Shown here: piece by piece, positions 1 to 7,769 of the stretch
Layout: every line of letters starts with the position of its first letter
Position numbering within the stretch: position 1 is the first letter of the stretch
Assembly (NCBI GenBank): GCA_039801565.1
Contig: JBDRUX010000049.1
Span: 1 to 17,596, forward strand
Source: a candidate division WOR-3 bacterium
GTDB lineage: Bacteria > Hydrothermota > Tepidihabitantia > Tepidihabitantales > JAOUPE01
Length of the DNA stretch: 17,596 nucleotides
Direction: 5' to 3'
The notes under the pieces: generated by a model
The model's input: only the letters and a program-made list of their open reading frames with translations
What the model was told of the DNA's origin: nothing
Database searches by the model: none
Program-made: the position numbers and the translations under genes

Positions 1-169
1 TTAACCATTCTAAAAGGCACCCGGAAATGTGATAATTAATTTTGATGGTAGGAAATTGTCTTATCAACTCCAAGAAAGGTTTATAAGCCGTTTGGTAAGC
101 TGATTCAATCACCGAATCAAAATTACCAATCGGTTGATGAAGATGAACACCAAAACCGAAAGCAATCAT
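1..169 (-). CDS. Glycoside hydrolase family 57 alpha-amylase / 4-alpha-glucanotransferase, N-terminal part (continues off the left edge)
   Basis: Manual translation from ATG at 169 gives MIAFGFGVHLHQPIGNFDSVIESAYQTAYKPFLELIRQFPTIKINYHISGCLLEWL, open to the edge. HxHQP.GNF and H.SG.LLEW are typical GH57 N-terminal motifs. Not in the ORF track. Confidence 0.9.
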   Translation of the reverse strand, partial: MIAFGFGVHLHQPIGNFDSVIESAYQTAYKPFLELIRQFPTIKINYHISGCLLEWL

Positions 170-179
170 TCGTCATTAT

Positions 180-207
180 AATATACGGAAGTATCTCAAA
201 TCGTCAA
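180..207 (-). promoter_or_regulatory. Sigma70-type promoter of the GH57 gene
   Basis: Minus strand TTGACG (207-202), 16 bp, TATATT (185-180). An overlapping TATAAT (180-175) lies 5 nt before the ATG. Confidence 0.6.
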
Positions 208-223
208 TAGTAGCGTGCAAGGG

Positions 224-252
224 TTGAGGAATACTGAATCCTTTTTTATAAT
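224..252 (+). promoter_or_regulatory. Possible sigma70-type promoter, divergent from GH57
   Basis: TTGAGG (224-229), 17 bp, TATAAT (247-252). Confidence 0.35.
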
Positions 253-416
253 AGCAGGGCCAGCCAATACTATAAGTTTTTGAAGGATAATTTAGAGAAG
301 TTTTCAAGTTATGAGATTAGTAGCGATTAAGAAATCGGTGGCAATGTTGTTGATTGTCACTGGGTTTGTGTAGGAATTAGGTATTTAGCTGGGAGTAAAA
401 TTATAAAACCGCATCG

Positions 417-450
417 GAATACCGCGTACTTCAGTGCGGGAATGAATAGC
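417..450. mobile_element. Possible isolated IS200/IS605-type end hairpin (remnant)
   Basis: GAATACCGCGTAC-TTCA-GTGCGGGAATGAATAGC is a GC-rich imperfect hairpin with a TTCA loop in AT-rich DNA, resembling IS200/IS605 subterminal palindromes. No tnpA or tnpB nearby. Confidence 0.35.
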
Positions 451-483
451 CTAACCACTCCAATTCAATTTAGATTTTTAGGC

Positions 484-490
484 TTGACAG
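484..490. repeat. Left target-site duplication TTGACAG
   Basis: Directly abuts the left IR and is identical to 2534-2540, which abuts the right IR. Confidence 0.9.
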
Positions 491-609
491 GTCATTTTCG
501 CCAGTTTGAATATCGTTAAGTAAATAAGTCTCATAAGTTCAATATCTTCTTCTAACTTAATTCTCGTCATTGTAGTGTAAACTTATTAATCTTATTTTCG
601 ATTTTCCTC

Positions 610-637
610 TTGACTTTTGAACTTATTTAACTATATT
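610..637 (+). promoter_or_regulatory. Transposase promoter
   Basis: TTGACT (610-615), 16 bp, TATATT (632-637), ending 11 nt before the GTG start at 649. Confidence 0.6.
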
Positions 638-648
638 AGTAGTGTAAA

Positions 649-2427
649 GTGTTTTTAAGAAAGTTGACCATCAAAAAGAATGGCAAAAAATATGACTATT
701 GGCTTTTGGTTAAGACTTATCGAGACCGTAAAACCAAAAAAGTAAGGCAGAAGACGATTTTGCATTTGGGTCGACTCACCCCGAAGGAAGTAAACCTGGC
801 TCAATCGCTGCTTCAAGCTAAGAAGCCTCACGCCTTTATTACTACCTGGCAAGATATTAAACTTAACCAATCGGTAGATTTCCTGACCGTTGGGATATTA
901 AATAAGATTTGGTCTTATTGGGACTTTGATAAGTTTTTGAATGAGCAGTTGGCTAAGGGTAAAGAATCGGTTAGCATTGCTACGGTGAGTCAGATTTTGG
1001 CGATAAATCGAGCAGTTTCGCCACGCAGTGATTTTAAGGTGCAGGATTGGTATAAGAAAACAATCTTACCGGTCTTATTAAAGACTAAGGCAGATGCCAT
1101 TAATCCAACCCGAATTTATCGGACCTTAGATGCGATTTTGACGATTGAGCCTATTCTGCAGAAGTATCTGTATGAAAAGATTAAAGAGAAAGGACTTAGT
1201 GAGTTCGATTTAATCTTTTACGATATTACCTCGACCTATTTTGAAGGGTTTGGTCCATCGTTAGCGGTGCGCGGGTATCCGCGGGGTTATAGTAATAACA
1301 AGCGCCAAATTCTTTTGGCTTTAGCCATAACGAAAGATGGTTTTCCTTTCTACTGGCGGGTTTTGCAGGGAAACGCAGTGGATGTGGCGACGGTTAAAGA
1401 GCTGGTAGATTATCTCACCAAGACCTATGAGATAAAACACAGCACCTTAGTCTTGGATCGGGGAATGGTAAGTGAGGAGAATTTAAAGGCGATTGAGGAC
1501 GCTAAACTTTATTTTATTGTTACCTTAGACCGTAGTGAGATAATGTCGCTTCCGGGATTACCGCTTGATTGTCTTAGCTCATTAACTGAAGCGGATTTGC
1601 CTAATGGATTATCTCATTTCACCTGTTACAATGATTCTACCTATTATCGGGAGCTTTTGGTGAGTGGTGGTAGACGTTATATTCTTTGCTTTAATCCGGA
1701 GAAATTTTCTGAGGAGCGGTGGAATCGGGAAGAGAAATTGATTTCGATTGAGGAAGCCTTGAAGAAGATGAATCAGGAATTACTTAAGGCACGGAAGCGG
1801 CGGTGTGCAAAGATAATTGGGCGTCGGGTTGATTATTATCTCAGGCGCCGTAAGGCGGTAAAATATTTCAAGTATCGGATAAAGCCGGTGCGCCAAGTGG
1901 TGAATTATAAAGGGCGGGTGCGTGAAGTATTAACCTACCAGATTGAATTTGAGCGGAATTTAGAGAGAATAAAGCGGGAATCGCTTTTGGATGGGGTTTA
2001 TGTTATAGCGTCGAATTTGCTGGTGCGGGATGAGCGAGGTAATTTATTAGTGTCGGCATTAGATTTGGTGACTGGCTATCGGCAGCGGTTACGGATTGAG
2101 CAGACATTTCATCATATAAAATCTTTTGTGGATATTCGACCGATCTACCATCGAAGGGACGAGCGAGTTTGTAGTCATGTGCTATTTTGTGTTTTAGGGT
2201 ATTTATTAAATGTGACAGTGGAATATTTACTTAAGAAGGCTGGGATAAAGGATATGACGGTGAGAGAGCTTTATGGGGAATTATCGGGATTTGATGCGGC
2301 AGAGATTGAGATAAAGAATATGGGTATGCGAGGCTACAAAATTCCCAAGGCTACGCCCTGGATTGAGCGGGTTGCTAGGATCTTATTGAGTGAAGATTTA
2401 ATAAGCAAGGAAGATTTAGCGGTTTAA
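649..2427 (+). CDS. IS1634-family DDE transposase
   Basis: 592 aa. N-terminal Y..LV..YR.....RQ..I..LG, FYDITSTYFEG (first Asp), G.P.....GN..D, LDRGM (second Asp), IE..F...KS (Glu) and RPIYHR...RV..HV motifs. Confidence 0.93.
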   Translation: MFLRKLTIKKNGKKYDYWLLVKTYRDRKTKKVRQKTILHLGRLTPKEVNLAQSLLQAKKPHAFITTWQDIKLNQSVDFLTVGILNKIWSYWDFDKFLNEQLAKGKESVSIATVSQILAINRAVSPRSDFKVQDWYKKTILPVLLKTKADAINPTRIYRTLDAILTIEPILQKYLYEKIKEKGLSEFDLIFYDITSTYFEGFGPSLAVRGYPRGYSNNKRQILLALAITKDGFPFYWRVLQGNAVDVATVKELVDYLTKTYEIKHSTLVLDRGMVSEENLKAIEDAKLYFIVTLDRSEIMSLPGLPLDCLSSLTEADLPNGLSHFTCYNDSTYYRELLVSGGRRYILCFNPEKFSEERWNREEKLISIEEALKKMNQELLKARKRRCAKIIGRRVDYYLRRRKAVKYFKYRIKPVRQVVNYKGRVREVLTYQIEFERNLERIKRESLLDGVYVIASNLLVRDERGNLLVSALDLVTGYRQRLRIEQTFHHIKSFVDIRPIYHRRDERVCSHVLFCVLGYLLNVTVEYLLKKAGIKDMTVRELYGELSGFDAAEIEIKNMGMRGYKIPKATPWIERVARILLSEDLISKEDLAV

Positions 2428-2533
2428 AATTTCTTGGTCTTGAAATTTTGCTAAAATATTGTTTGTAGTGTAAAACCCCAGTATTATAAGTTAGCTTCAA
2501 ATCAAGCCTTATAAAGCAAGTGGCGAAAATGAC

Positions 2534-2562
2534 TTGACAGACTCCAAAATTTTTGTTAAACT
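2534..2562 (+). promoter_or_regulatory. Promoter of the M23 gene; its -35 box lies in the right target duplication
   Basis: TTGACA (2534-2539), 17 bp, TAAACT (2557-2562) with an extended -10 TG at 2554-2555. TTG start 6 nt later. Confidence 0.75.
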
Positions 2563-2568
2563 TGTAAG

Positions 2569-3468
2569 TTGGAGCAGGTCAGCTTTGTTATCGCTTTTGT
2601 CAAGCGGAATCGAATACTCCGCACCAACCTGCCGATTTACCTTTTATACTGCGTTACCGGTTTAATCGGTCTATCTTTGGCTTTAGGTGTTTTTTCTTTT
2701 CTTTCGTTAAATCAAAGACTTAGAGAGCAAAATCTAATTAAGATATTAACTAAAGAAAATTCAACCCTTAGACGAAAATTAGGTTACATTGAGAATGAAG
2801 TGGCTCGTTTAAAAGAAAGATTGTTGGCTTTAGCCGAATTTGATACGAAATTGAGGTTAGCCTCAGCAATTGAATTAGTTCCCCAAGATGTCCGGGCGAT
2901 GGGTATCGGTGGAATTGCCAGTGTCAATCTTACTAACGAAAATGCCGATTTGCTTCAAATCGAAAAGACACTCGCTGAACTGAATCGGCAGGTTCGATTT
3001 CAAGAAGTGAGTTTTGCCGAAATCGAAAAGCACCTAAAACAACAGGAAACCGTCCTTAATCACACTCCCTCGATTTGGCCAGTTTGCGGTTGGGTCTCTA
3101 GTGGTTATGGCTATCGCCGTGACCCTTTCACCGGCCGTAAAGTTATGCATAATGGAATAGATATTGTTGCTCCACCCGGAACACCAATTGTCGCTACTGC
3201 TGACGGCAGGGTTTGTTTTGCTGGCATAAGACCGGGATATGGCAAAGTGATTGAGATTGACCACGGTTACGGTTATATCACTTTCTATGGCCATTGTCAA
3301 AGTATTAGAAAAGGTTATGGTGAGAAGGTAACAAGGGGGGAAGTAATTGCTACCGTTGGTAGAAGTGGCAAGACTACCGGCTATCATCTTCACTATGGGG
3401 TGAAAGTTTCGGGCACTTGGGTGAATCCACTCAACTATATCCTTGATAACTACGTGGTCGTTGACTAA
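2569..3468 (+). CDS. M23-family metallopeptidase (MepM/NlpD-like peptidoglycan endopeptidase) with N-terminal TM helix and coiled coil
   Basis: PSIWPV.G.VSS.YG.R.DPF, HNGID (HxxxD) and HLHY (HxH) motifs; hydrophobic segment at about residues 23-47. Confidence 0.93.
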   Translation: MEQVSFVIAFVKRNRILRTNLPIYLLYCVTGLIGLSLALGVFSFLSLNQRLREQNLIKILTKENSTLRRKLGYIENEVARLKERLLALAEFDTKLRLASAIELVPQDVRAMGIGGIASVNLTNENADLLQIEKTLAELNRQVRFQEVSFAEIEKHLKQQETVLNHTPSIWPVCGWVSSGYGYRRDPFTGRKVMHNGIDIVAPPGTPIVATADGRVCFAGIRPGYGKVIEIDHGYGYITFYGHCQSIRKGYGEKVTRGEVIATVGRSGKTTGYHLHYGVKVSGTWVNPLNYILDNYVVVD

Positions 3469-3635
3469 TTAAGTTCAACTAAAACAACTAAATAAAATTA
3501 ACTAATAGGGTATGGAATTAGTAATCGCCAATTAATTGCTCAAATCACTCGCTATACCATAACCGCTCCCTGTCGAATTAACACTAAAAATTTAACTTGA
3601 TTTCAGTCACAATTTGGATAAGATTTCGCCGACCA

Positions 3636-4745
3636 ATGAACATACGTGCCGTAATCTTACTTTCTTTATTATCCGTTCTATTCGCTTTTGTTGGATTCAA
3701 ACCCATAGCCGACCCAAAAATGGTAACATACCGAACGGACCCGATTAATTCTGTTATTAGAATCGCCGCGGTTGGTGATATTATGATGGGTTCGACTTAT
3801 CCGATACCAATTTTGCCACCTAATCACGGCGCCGATTTATTTAAATTGATTAGCGATGAATTGATTGATTCTGAAATCACAATTGGTAATTTAGAAGGTC
3901 CGCTTTGCGATAGTGGTAAACCCAAAAAAGATTCGACAAAATATCGCTTCATATTTGCCACGCCAACTCGATATGTTAAAAACCTTGTTGCGGTTGGCTT
4001 TGATGTCCTTAACTTAGCTAATAATCATATTGGTGACTTCGATACTTTTGGTATTAACACGACAAAACGAGTTTTAGACCAGGTCGGTATCAAATACACT
4101 GGGCTTAAAAATTCTTATGCTGATTTAATCATTAAAAATAAAAAAGTCTTTGTCGTTGGATTTTCACCCTATCGGCGGACTAACAACTTATTGGATACGC
4201 ATCGGGCACAAAAATTGATTGCTGATTTGAAACGCCAGGGCGCCATTGTTATTGTCACTTTTCATAGCGGAAATGAAGGCGTTAAACATTTACATACCAA
4301 GGACAGTTTTGAATATTTCTTGGATGAGCCAAGAGGCAATGTGATAAAATTTGCCCATTCCGTGATCGATTCCGGTGCCGATCTGGTTATTGGACACGGT
4401 CCCCATGTCCCAAGAGCGTTGGAGATTTATAAGAACAAACTGATTGCTTATAGTTTAGGTAATTTTTGCACCTATGGTCGGTTCTGTTTAAAAAAAGAGC
4501 AGGGACTCTCTTTGATCTTAAAGGTTGATTTGGATACTTTGGGTAATTTCGTTTCGGGTCGAATTGTTCCACTCTATCAAGAACCACCGGGTATCCCAAA
4601 ACCTGATTCACTCGGACGGACAATCGAACTGATTAGAAAACTCTCCCTTTCCGATTTTCCGCTCTCAGCACCAAATATTGATTCTACCGGCTTCATTACA
4701 ATCCAAGCCTCTATTCCTCCACAACTATCCCCTAAATACTTGTGA
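3636..4745 (+). CDS. CapA/PgsA-family metallophosphoesterase, exported
   Basis: GDIM, GNLEGP, LANNH, H.G, GHGPHV and YSLGNF motifs. Start moved from 3597 to the in-frame ATG 3636 (MNIRAVILLSLL..., signal-peptide-like) because 3597-3624 looks like the promoter TTGATT-16-TAAGAT. Confidence 0.88.
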   Translation: MNIRAVILLSLLSVLFAFVGFKPIADPKMVTYRTDPINSVIRIAAVGDIMMGSTYPIPILPPNHGADLFKLISDELIDSEITIGNLEGPLCDSGKPKKDSTKYRFIFATPTRYVKNLVAVGFDVLNLANNHIGDFDTFGINTTKRVLDQVGIKYTGLKNSYADLIIKNKKVFVVGFSPYRRTNNLLDTHRAQKLIADLKRQGAIVIVTFHSGNEGVKHLHTKDSFEYFLDEPRGNVIKFAHSVIDSGADLVIGHGPHVPRALEIYKNKLIAYSLGNFCTYGRFCLKKEQGLSLILKVDLDTLGNFVSGRIVPLYQEPPGIPKPDSLGRTIELIRKLSLSDFPLSAPNIDSTGFITIQASIPPQLSPKYL

Positions 4746-4775
4746 AATTTAACCACTAAAAAGCCAGATTTGGTC

Positions 4776-4803
4776 TTGACTTTTGGGACTTAAGTTTTAT
4801 GAT
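4776..4803 (+). promoter_or_regulatory. Promoter of the lptD-like gene
   Basis: TTGACT (4776-4781), 16 bp, TATGAT (4798-4803); in-frame TTG 6 nt later at 4810. Confidence 0.6.
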
Positions 4804-4809
4804 AAAGCA

Positions 4810-7062
4810 TTGCCAGTTCTCATTATTATTTTATTGTTTCTCGCTCAACCGAACGAAACATCATTGTCGGATTCGGATACCTACGACACAACTAATGTCG
4901 TTCATTTTGGCGGTAAGACTTTAACCTATTTTACCGAAGAGGAGAAAGTAATAATTATTGATTCAGCTTGGATTCGTTATCGAGATATGAGTTTATTTGC
5001 AGACTCGATTATATATGATACCAAAAAACATATCATTAGTGCCTTTCCTCGTACCGCTACTAAACCAATATCGGTCAGGGAAAGTATTAAACCGAGTATC
5101 TCTTATGTCACTTTTCGGACCGCTGCCGAAACAATTATCGGCTTTGAACTCCATTATAACGTTTCGACCCGAAAGGGAATGATGCGAAAAGCCAGTACTG
5201 AAATAACTAACGGTTTTTTTAGAGGCGAAGAAATTTGGTTAGTAAAGGAAAAGACCCTAAATGTTAATCAAGGTTATTATACAACTTGTGACCGCAATCC
5301 ACCACATTATCATTTTTTCGGTTCAAAGGTTAGGGTTTTAATGGATGATATGGTAATTACCCAACCAATCATTCTTAAGATTAGAAAATTACCAATTGCG
5401 GTGGCTCCTTTCTGGTTTTTCCCCATCGGTAAAAACCGTAAGTCCGGTCTTACCCCTTTTAAAGTTGGACAGTCCGATGTCGAAGGTTATTATGCCAAAG
5501 GGATGTCTTACTATTGGGTGATTAATGATTATTCGGATATGACCTTCGGTTTAGATTTTATGATGAAGAAAGGTTTTTACCCCAAAGTTGAAGGTAGATA
5601 TATTGTCAATCCTTTTGCCTCGGGACAGATGCTTTTGACTTACATTCGCGAATTTGATACCAAAAAGGTTCGCTACAGCCTGAATGCCAAGCACTCATCG
5701 GTCTTTTTCTTCGATTCCGATTTGACTGCTTATGCTGACTATCAGAGTGATGAGAAATTAATTTCCGATTATACCGAAGAGCGGATTGAGTGGCTGAAAA
5801 AGGAATTATTCTCTTATGCCCAACTTTCCCGTTCGTTCCGGCGGATTGGTAAAGGCACGATATTTGTCCAACACCGGCGTGATTTTGCTTTGAATTCAAC
5901 CGAAATTCTTTTGCCCAAGATAAATCTTGGTTTCTATTCCAGACCCTTATTTCACACTTGGAATATCTCACCAGGATTAAGTTTTAATAATAATATCTCT
6001 TACCAAGCAGATTCAGTTAAGACCGAAAGCCGTTCGGCTAATTTGAACTTAGGACTTGCGCCACCACCAATGCCTTTTGGTCCACTGGATATGAGTCAAG
6101 GCTTTGGCTACTCGGAAATTAGGAAATATAGCCATAAGGATGATAGGTTTAGATTAATTGATACCAGAAAAAGGCTGAGCAGTGCGACTGGTCTTGGCTC
6201 TTCCCAAAAGATTTTTCAGTCTTTAAATCTATCGGAAAATCTCTCATTTAATGAGAATATCCATCTTGGTGATACCATTACCTATGAAAGCCAATATTCG
6301 TTTGCAACCGGTGCCAATATTACCCTTTATAAGATATTCGGCATCGAAGTCTTTGGCCTCCACGGCGTCCTTCATCAAGTCACCCCGAACGTCTCTTATT
6401 CGGTGCAACCAATGATCCGACAAAAAGGATTTTTCGGGATTCCCCGGTTTGATACAATACCAATCAGTCGTGGGCTTGCCTTCGGATTAGCCAATCTATT
6501 TCAAGCTAAAATTGGTGAGGAACGAATAAAACGTGACCTCTGTTATATCAATCTCGGCTCAGGCTATAACTTTTTGGAACAGAAAATTGCTCCGATTGGT
6601 ACCAATGCCGATTTTTTTATCCTCCAACTACCCGGACTTAATTTGAATCTCAGTTTAAACACAATCTTTGATTTGGATTCATTGGACTTTACCGATTACT
6701 CAACTAATACCAATTTCTTTTATTCCTTCAGTCGTTTTGCCACTGACTCGGCAACTAATATCTTAAGAAATTTCAGTGTCAATCTAAATCATTTCTGGAA
6801 TCCGCAAAGTAATATGTTAACCGCTAATTTAGCATTTACGCTTCCCGGCTGGTCCTTTAATATTGCCACTGGTTCTAATCTTAATAAACCTTGGCCACCA
6901 GCTGATATTAATTTAAGTGTCGTTAAAGACCTGCATTGCTGGGAATTGCTTTTCACTGGTTCGGGTATGGGCACGCGCTGGACCTATGACTTCAAGTTTC
7001 GAATTAAAAAGATTCCCGAAGTGAGTATTGGCAAGGGAATCTTTAATTTTCTCTTACCTTGA
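4810..7062 (+). CDS. lptD: Putative LPS-assembly outer-membrane protein LptD
   Basis: About 750 aa. Hydrophobic N-terminus, OstA-like region (L.ADSI.YD), YTTCD...PHY, P....PF.FFP....R.SG..P and an aromatic/beta-rich C-terminal half. The ORF track starts at 4783, inside the predicted promoter, so 4810 is preferred. Confidence 0.8.
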   Translation: MPVLIIILLFLAQPNETSLSDSDTYDTTNVVHFGGKTLTYFTEEEKVIIIDSAWIRYRDMSLFADSIIYDTKKHIISAFPRTATKPISVRESIKPSISYVTFRTAAETIIGFELHYNVSTRKGMMRKASTEITNGFFRGEEIWLVKEKTLNVNQGYYTTCDRNPPHYHFFGSKVRVLMDDMVITQPIILKIRKLPIAVAPFWFFPIGKNRKSGLTPFKVGQSDVEGYYAKGMSYYWVINDYSDMTFGLDFMMKKGFYPKVEGRYIVNPFASGQMLLTYIREFDTKKVRYSLNAKHSSVFFFDSDLTAYADYQSDEKLISDYTEERIEWLKKELFSYAQLSRSFRRIGKGTIFVQHRRDFALNSTEILLPKINLGFYSRPLFHTWNISPGLSFNNNISYQADSVKTESRSANLNLGLAPPPMPFGPLDMSQGFGYSEIRKYSHKDDRFRLIDTRKRLSSATGLGSSQKIFQSLNLSENLSFNENIHLGDTITYESQYSFATGANITLYKIFGIEVFGLHGVLHQVTPNVSYSVQPMIRQKGFFGIPRFDTIPISRGLAFGLANLFQAKIGEERIKRDLCYINLGSGYNFLEQKIAPIGTNADFFILQLPGLNLNLSLNTIFDLDSLDFTDYSTNTNFFYSFSRFATDSATNILRNFSVNLNHFWNPQSNMLTANLAFTLPGWSFNIATGSNLNKPWPPADINLSVVKDLHCWELLFTGSGMGTRWTYDFKFRIKKIPEVSIGKGIFNFLLP

Positions 7063-7149
7063 ATGATTTAAACCTTCTTGAACTCTTTTCTCCTACTTTA
7101 AGTTATTGTCTATGCTTCGCCTGTAGTGCCGTTTTCTATTGAGTTGGGT

Positions 7150-7719
7150 ATGAGAATCTATTTAGCTTCGCGCTCACCGCGACGCCGTAAGATTCTACGG
7201 AACTTGGGAATAAAATTTAGCATATTAAAGCCCAATTTGCGCGAAAGTATTTTAGTTTCCAATGTTTCGCCGGAAAAATATGCTCAAGCCTTAGCACAAA
7301 TGAAGGTGGAATCGGTCAAACACCAGGTGGACAAAGGTATCGTCATCGGGATGGACACAATTGTGGTTTTTGGGAAAAAGATTTTGGGCAAGCCCAAAAA
7401 TCGCCAAGAAGCCCAAAAAATGATTAGTCTGCTCTCGGGTCAAACTCATAAGGTGATTACCGGAATATATCTTGAACGGCTACCGGATAAAATAGCGGTA
7501 AAGGATTTTGAAGTGACCAAAGTTAAATTCCGCCACTTAACCGATTCCGAAATCGCTCGGTATATAAAAACACCGGAGCCTTATGATAAGGCTGGGGGCT
7601 ACGGAATCCAAGGGCAGGCTGGTCTTTTTGTTGAATCAATCCAGGGTTGTTATTCTAATGTTATTGGTTTGCCCGTTGCAAAATTTTTAAAACTATTAAA
7701 GCAGTTAGAGAAGTCCTGA
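7150..7719 (+). CDS. maf: Maf-family nucleoside triphosphate pyrophosphatase (YhdE-type)
   Basis: IYLAS.SPRR, G.DT.V....ILGKP, LSG..H.V.TG, DKAGGYGIQG and NV.GLP motifs. ATG 7150 fits the usual N-terminus better than GTG 7126. Confidence 0.95.
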   Translation: MRIYLASRSPRRRKILRNLGIKFSILKPNLRESILVSNVSPEKYAQALAQMKVESVKHQVDKGIVIGMDTIVVFGKKILGKPKNRQEAQKMISLLSGQTHKVITGIYLERLPDKIAVKDFEVTKVKFRHLTDSEIARYIKTPEPYDKAGGYGIQGQAGLFVESIQGCYSNVIGLPVAKFLKLLKQLEKS

Positions 7720-7732
7720 CCCGTGACTCACC

Positions 7733-7760
7733 TTGACCGAAAGAAATTTTTCACTAAAAT
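7733..7760 (+). promoter_or_regulatory. Promoter of the M14 peptidase-cyclophilin unit
   Basis: TTGACC (7733-7738), 16 bp, TAAAAT (7755-7760); ATG 9 nt later with no Shine-Dalgarno. Confidence 0.6.
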
Positions 7761-7769
7761 GTTTTTTAA

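Larger units (their letters stand above)
491..2533 (+). mobile_element. Complete IS1634-family insertion sequence, 2043 bp
   Basis: Perfect 13-bp terminal IRs GTCATTTTCGCCA (491-503) and TGGCGAAAATGAC (2521-2533), 15/16 when extended; 7-bp flanking direct repeat; single DDE transposase ORF. Confidence 0.92.

Noticed and set aside
484..516. Hybrid promoter from the left TTGACA copy reading into the IS
   Set aside because: No acceptable -10 hexamer at 16-18 bp spacing (TTGAAT, TGAATA, GAATAT).
3469..3510. AACTAA repeats after the M23 gene
   Set aside because: Low-complexity AT-rich DNA with irregular spacing; not distinguishable from background.
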